A DNA stretch of 35,514 nt from Conidiobolus incongruus B7586 (lineage: Eukaryota). The position numbers and the translations under genes are program-made. The stretch spans positions 1-35,514 of the forward strand of contig JNEM01013035.1 of assembly GCA_000697335.1 (NCBI GenBank), read 5' to 3'. Each line of letters starts with the position of its first letter. Positions within the stretch are counted from its first letter, which is position 1. Positions 33,865 through 35,514 of this stretch are shown piece after piece. Under the pieces are notes generated by a model that was given only the letters and a program-made list of their open reading frames with translations, was not told where the DNA came from and ran no database searches.

Positions 33865-34727
33865 ATAAATCGGGTGAGATTATTATCATATTTAATTAGT
33901 ATATGCATAGATAAGTATTTAACAACATAACGTTTGCTTTTCCCTTAATTCAAATCATTGGTTCTTCGAAATACTATCTATGATACTCCATGTTCATAGT
34001 CATTAATCTTAACATAAATATTGCTTATTTACCACAAATTGATTAATATATTAATAATTTAATCTCAACGATATTAATATATAAATTAAATAATTATCAT
34101 TCCAATACAAAATACAATTTATTAGATTTATATTGATATTCTAATATAATACAGAGCACAGGTTACTGATGATATATCCAGATACAAAAATTTTTAGCTT
34201 GAGAAAAATATTAGATATTTAACAATATCATAATTAATACTAATATAATATTTCAAATAAATATTAATGTTATTAATTTTTTTTAATATAGGTCATTTAT
34301 AATTTATAATATAAATACATCATAAAGAAAATAAATTACTTTTACTCAAATTTGCTAATATACATTTTTTTAAATATAATTTTAAATATTCGATAATCAA
34401 ATAATGCTATTTCAAGAATATGTGTTTTATATTAAATGTTGCATAATATTGAATATAAAGCTTGATTCTTGAATTAATTCACAGCATACCCTTTTGAATT
34501 ATTACCAAGATTGATGATAAAATATAATTAGTATATAATAAAAAAATACCATTTATAAGTATATTCAAGCATATCAAATATTTGAATTAATTATTACTTT
34601 GTAATTTAAATAATGAAAGTTTTTTAAGATTGAACAAAATAAATATTTTAATATATAATATTGATTTAATACTTTGTTTTATTAATAATAACTATATATA
34701 TTATTTTTAGCAAGCTTTTAATGTTTG

Positions 34728-35339
34728 AAAAATAGTTTTTATATTAAAGACTAAAATTTAATATTTTACAAACTAATTAAATTTTTTATAGAAATTCTCT
34801 TTCTTATAAGCTTGTTTTTAAGCTTTAATTAAATTAAAAGGTATTTATTTTATAATTTTATTAATTAATTTAAGTTTAAACTTTAATATATCTAAAATAC
34901 TTATATAATTAATATTATAATATTTTAATTATTTTATCAATTATTAAAAATTACTATTATTTTATAATTTAAATAATAAAAATTTTTTATGATTAAAAAA
35001 AACATTTTAATATATAATAATAAATTAATATTTTTTTTCTAATAACTTTTTACTATATTTTTAATCAAGTTTTAATACTTAAAAAATAGTTTTTTTTATT
35101 AAAGACTAAAATTTAATATTCTATAAACTAATTAAAGATTTATTAATTATAATAATTTATTATAAAAGTTTTAATTTCTAGTTATACTTTAATAAGTTTT
35201 GTTTAATAATAGCTACTCTAACTTTTTATAAGCTTTAAATAAATTATAAGGTATTTATTTTATATTTTTATTATTTAATTTTAATTTAAACTTTAATATA
35301 TATAAAACACTTATGTAACTAATATTAAAATATTTTAAT
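34728..35339. repeat. Degenerate direct (tandem) duplication in extremely AT-rich DNA
   Basis: About 34728-34791 matches about 35083-35136 (ATTAAAGACTAAAATTTAATATT), and 34821-34929 matches 35231-35339 ungapped (AGCTTTAA.TAAATTA.AAGGTATTTATTTTATA.TTTTATTA...TTTAAACTTTAATATA). Confidence 0.85.
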
Positions 35340-35514
35340 AATTCTTTAACTAAAATAAAGATGTTTTTTAGTATATTTTTTTAATTTATTAACAATTAAA
35401 AAAATAATAGTTAAAATTAATCTTTTAAATTTTAATAAGTTTTAAATATTTTTTTTAATTTTAAAATAATTTACCTAATAATAAATTATTAATTTAAATA
35501 ATATTTTATTATTA

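Noticed and set aside
1..35514. CRISPR arrays, tRNA, rRNA, or intact transposase/reverse transcriptase genes
   Set aside because: None recognised: no regularly spaced repeats, no tRNA/rRNA signatures and no TE protein motifs in the ORFs.

Overview
Eukaryotic, very AT-rich genomic DNA with short (47-73 nt) GT-AG introns. It looks like an early-diverging fungus; this lineage call is inference only. Eight protein-coding genes are supported: a MATA/Sox-type HMG-box transcription factor (8254-8958 +), an intronless Yta7/ATAD2-like AAA ATPase (10126-13407 -), two tandem 3-exon CRAL-TRIO/Sec14-family paralogs (14824-16122 +, 18089-19377 +), a 6-exon TAH18/NDOR1 diflavin reductase (19509-21516 -), a WBP4/FBP21-like U1-type zinc-finger protein (22486-23112 +), a multi-exon tail-anchored acyl-CoA-binding-domain protein missed at its 5' end by the ORF track (28238-29607 +), and a leucine-zipper gene (33025-33864 +). 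The strongest hidden signal is in the last gene. Two canonical IRE1 cleavage hairpins (7-nt loops CGG/CAGC and CUG/CAGC) flank a 50-nt non-spliceosomal intron that has its own hairpin. Removing it shifts the frame into a 67-codon open alternative C-terminus. This marks a HAC1/XBP1-like gene, but its bZIP basic region looks degenerate. Other signals: a cluster of ATCWGATAA GATA sites upstream of TAH18, a TAAG-N3-CTTA motif about 110 nt upstream of three genes, a stop-generating tandem splice acceptor in TAH18, several MITE/foldback-like inverted repeats, and a decayed duplication at the right end.
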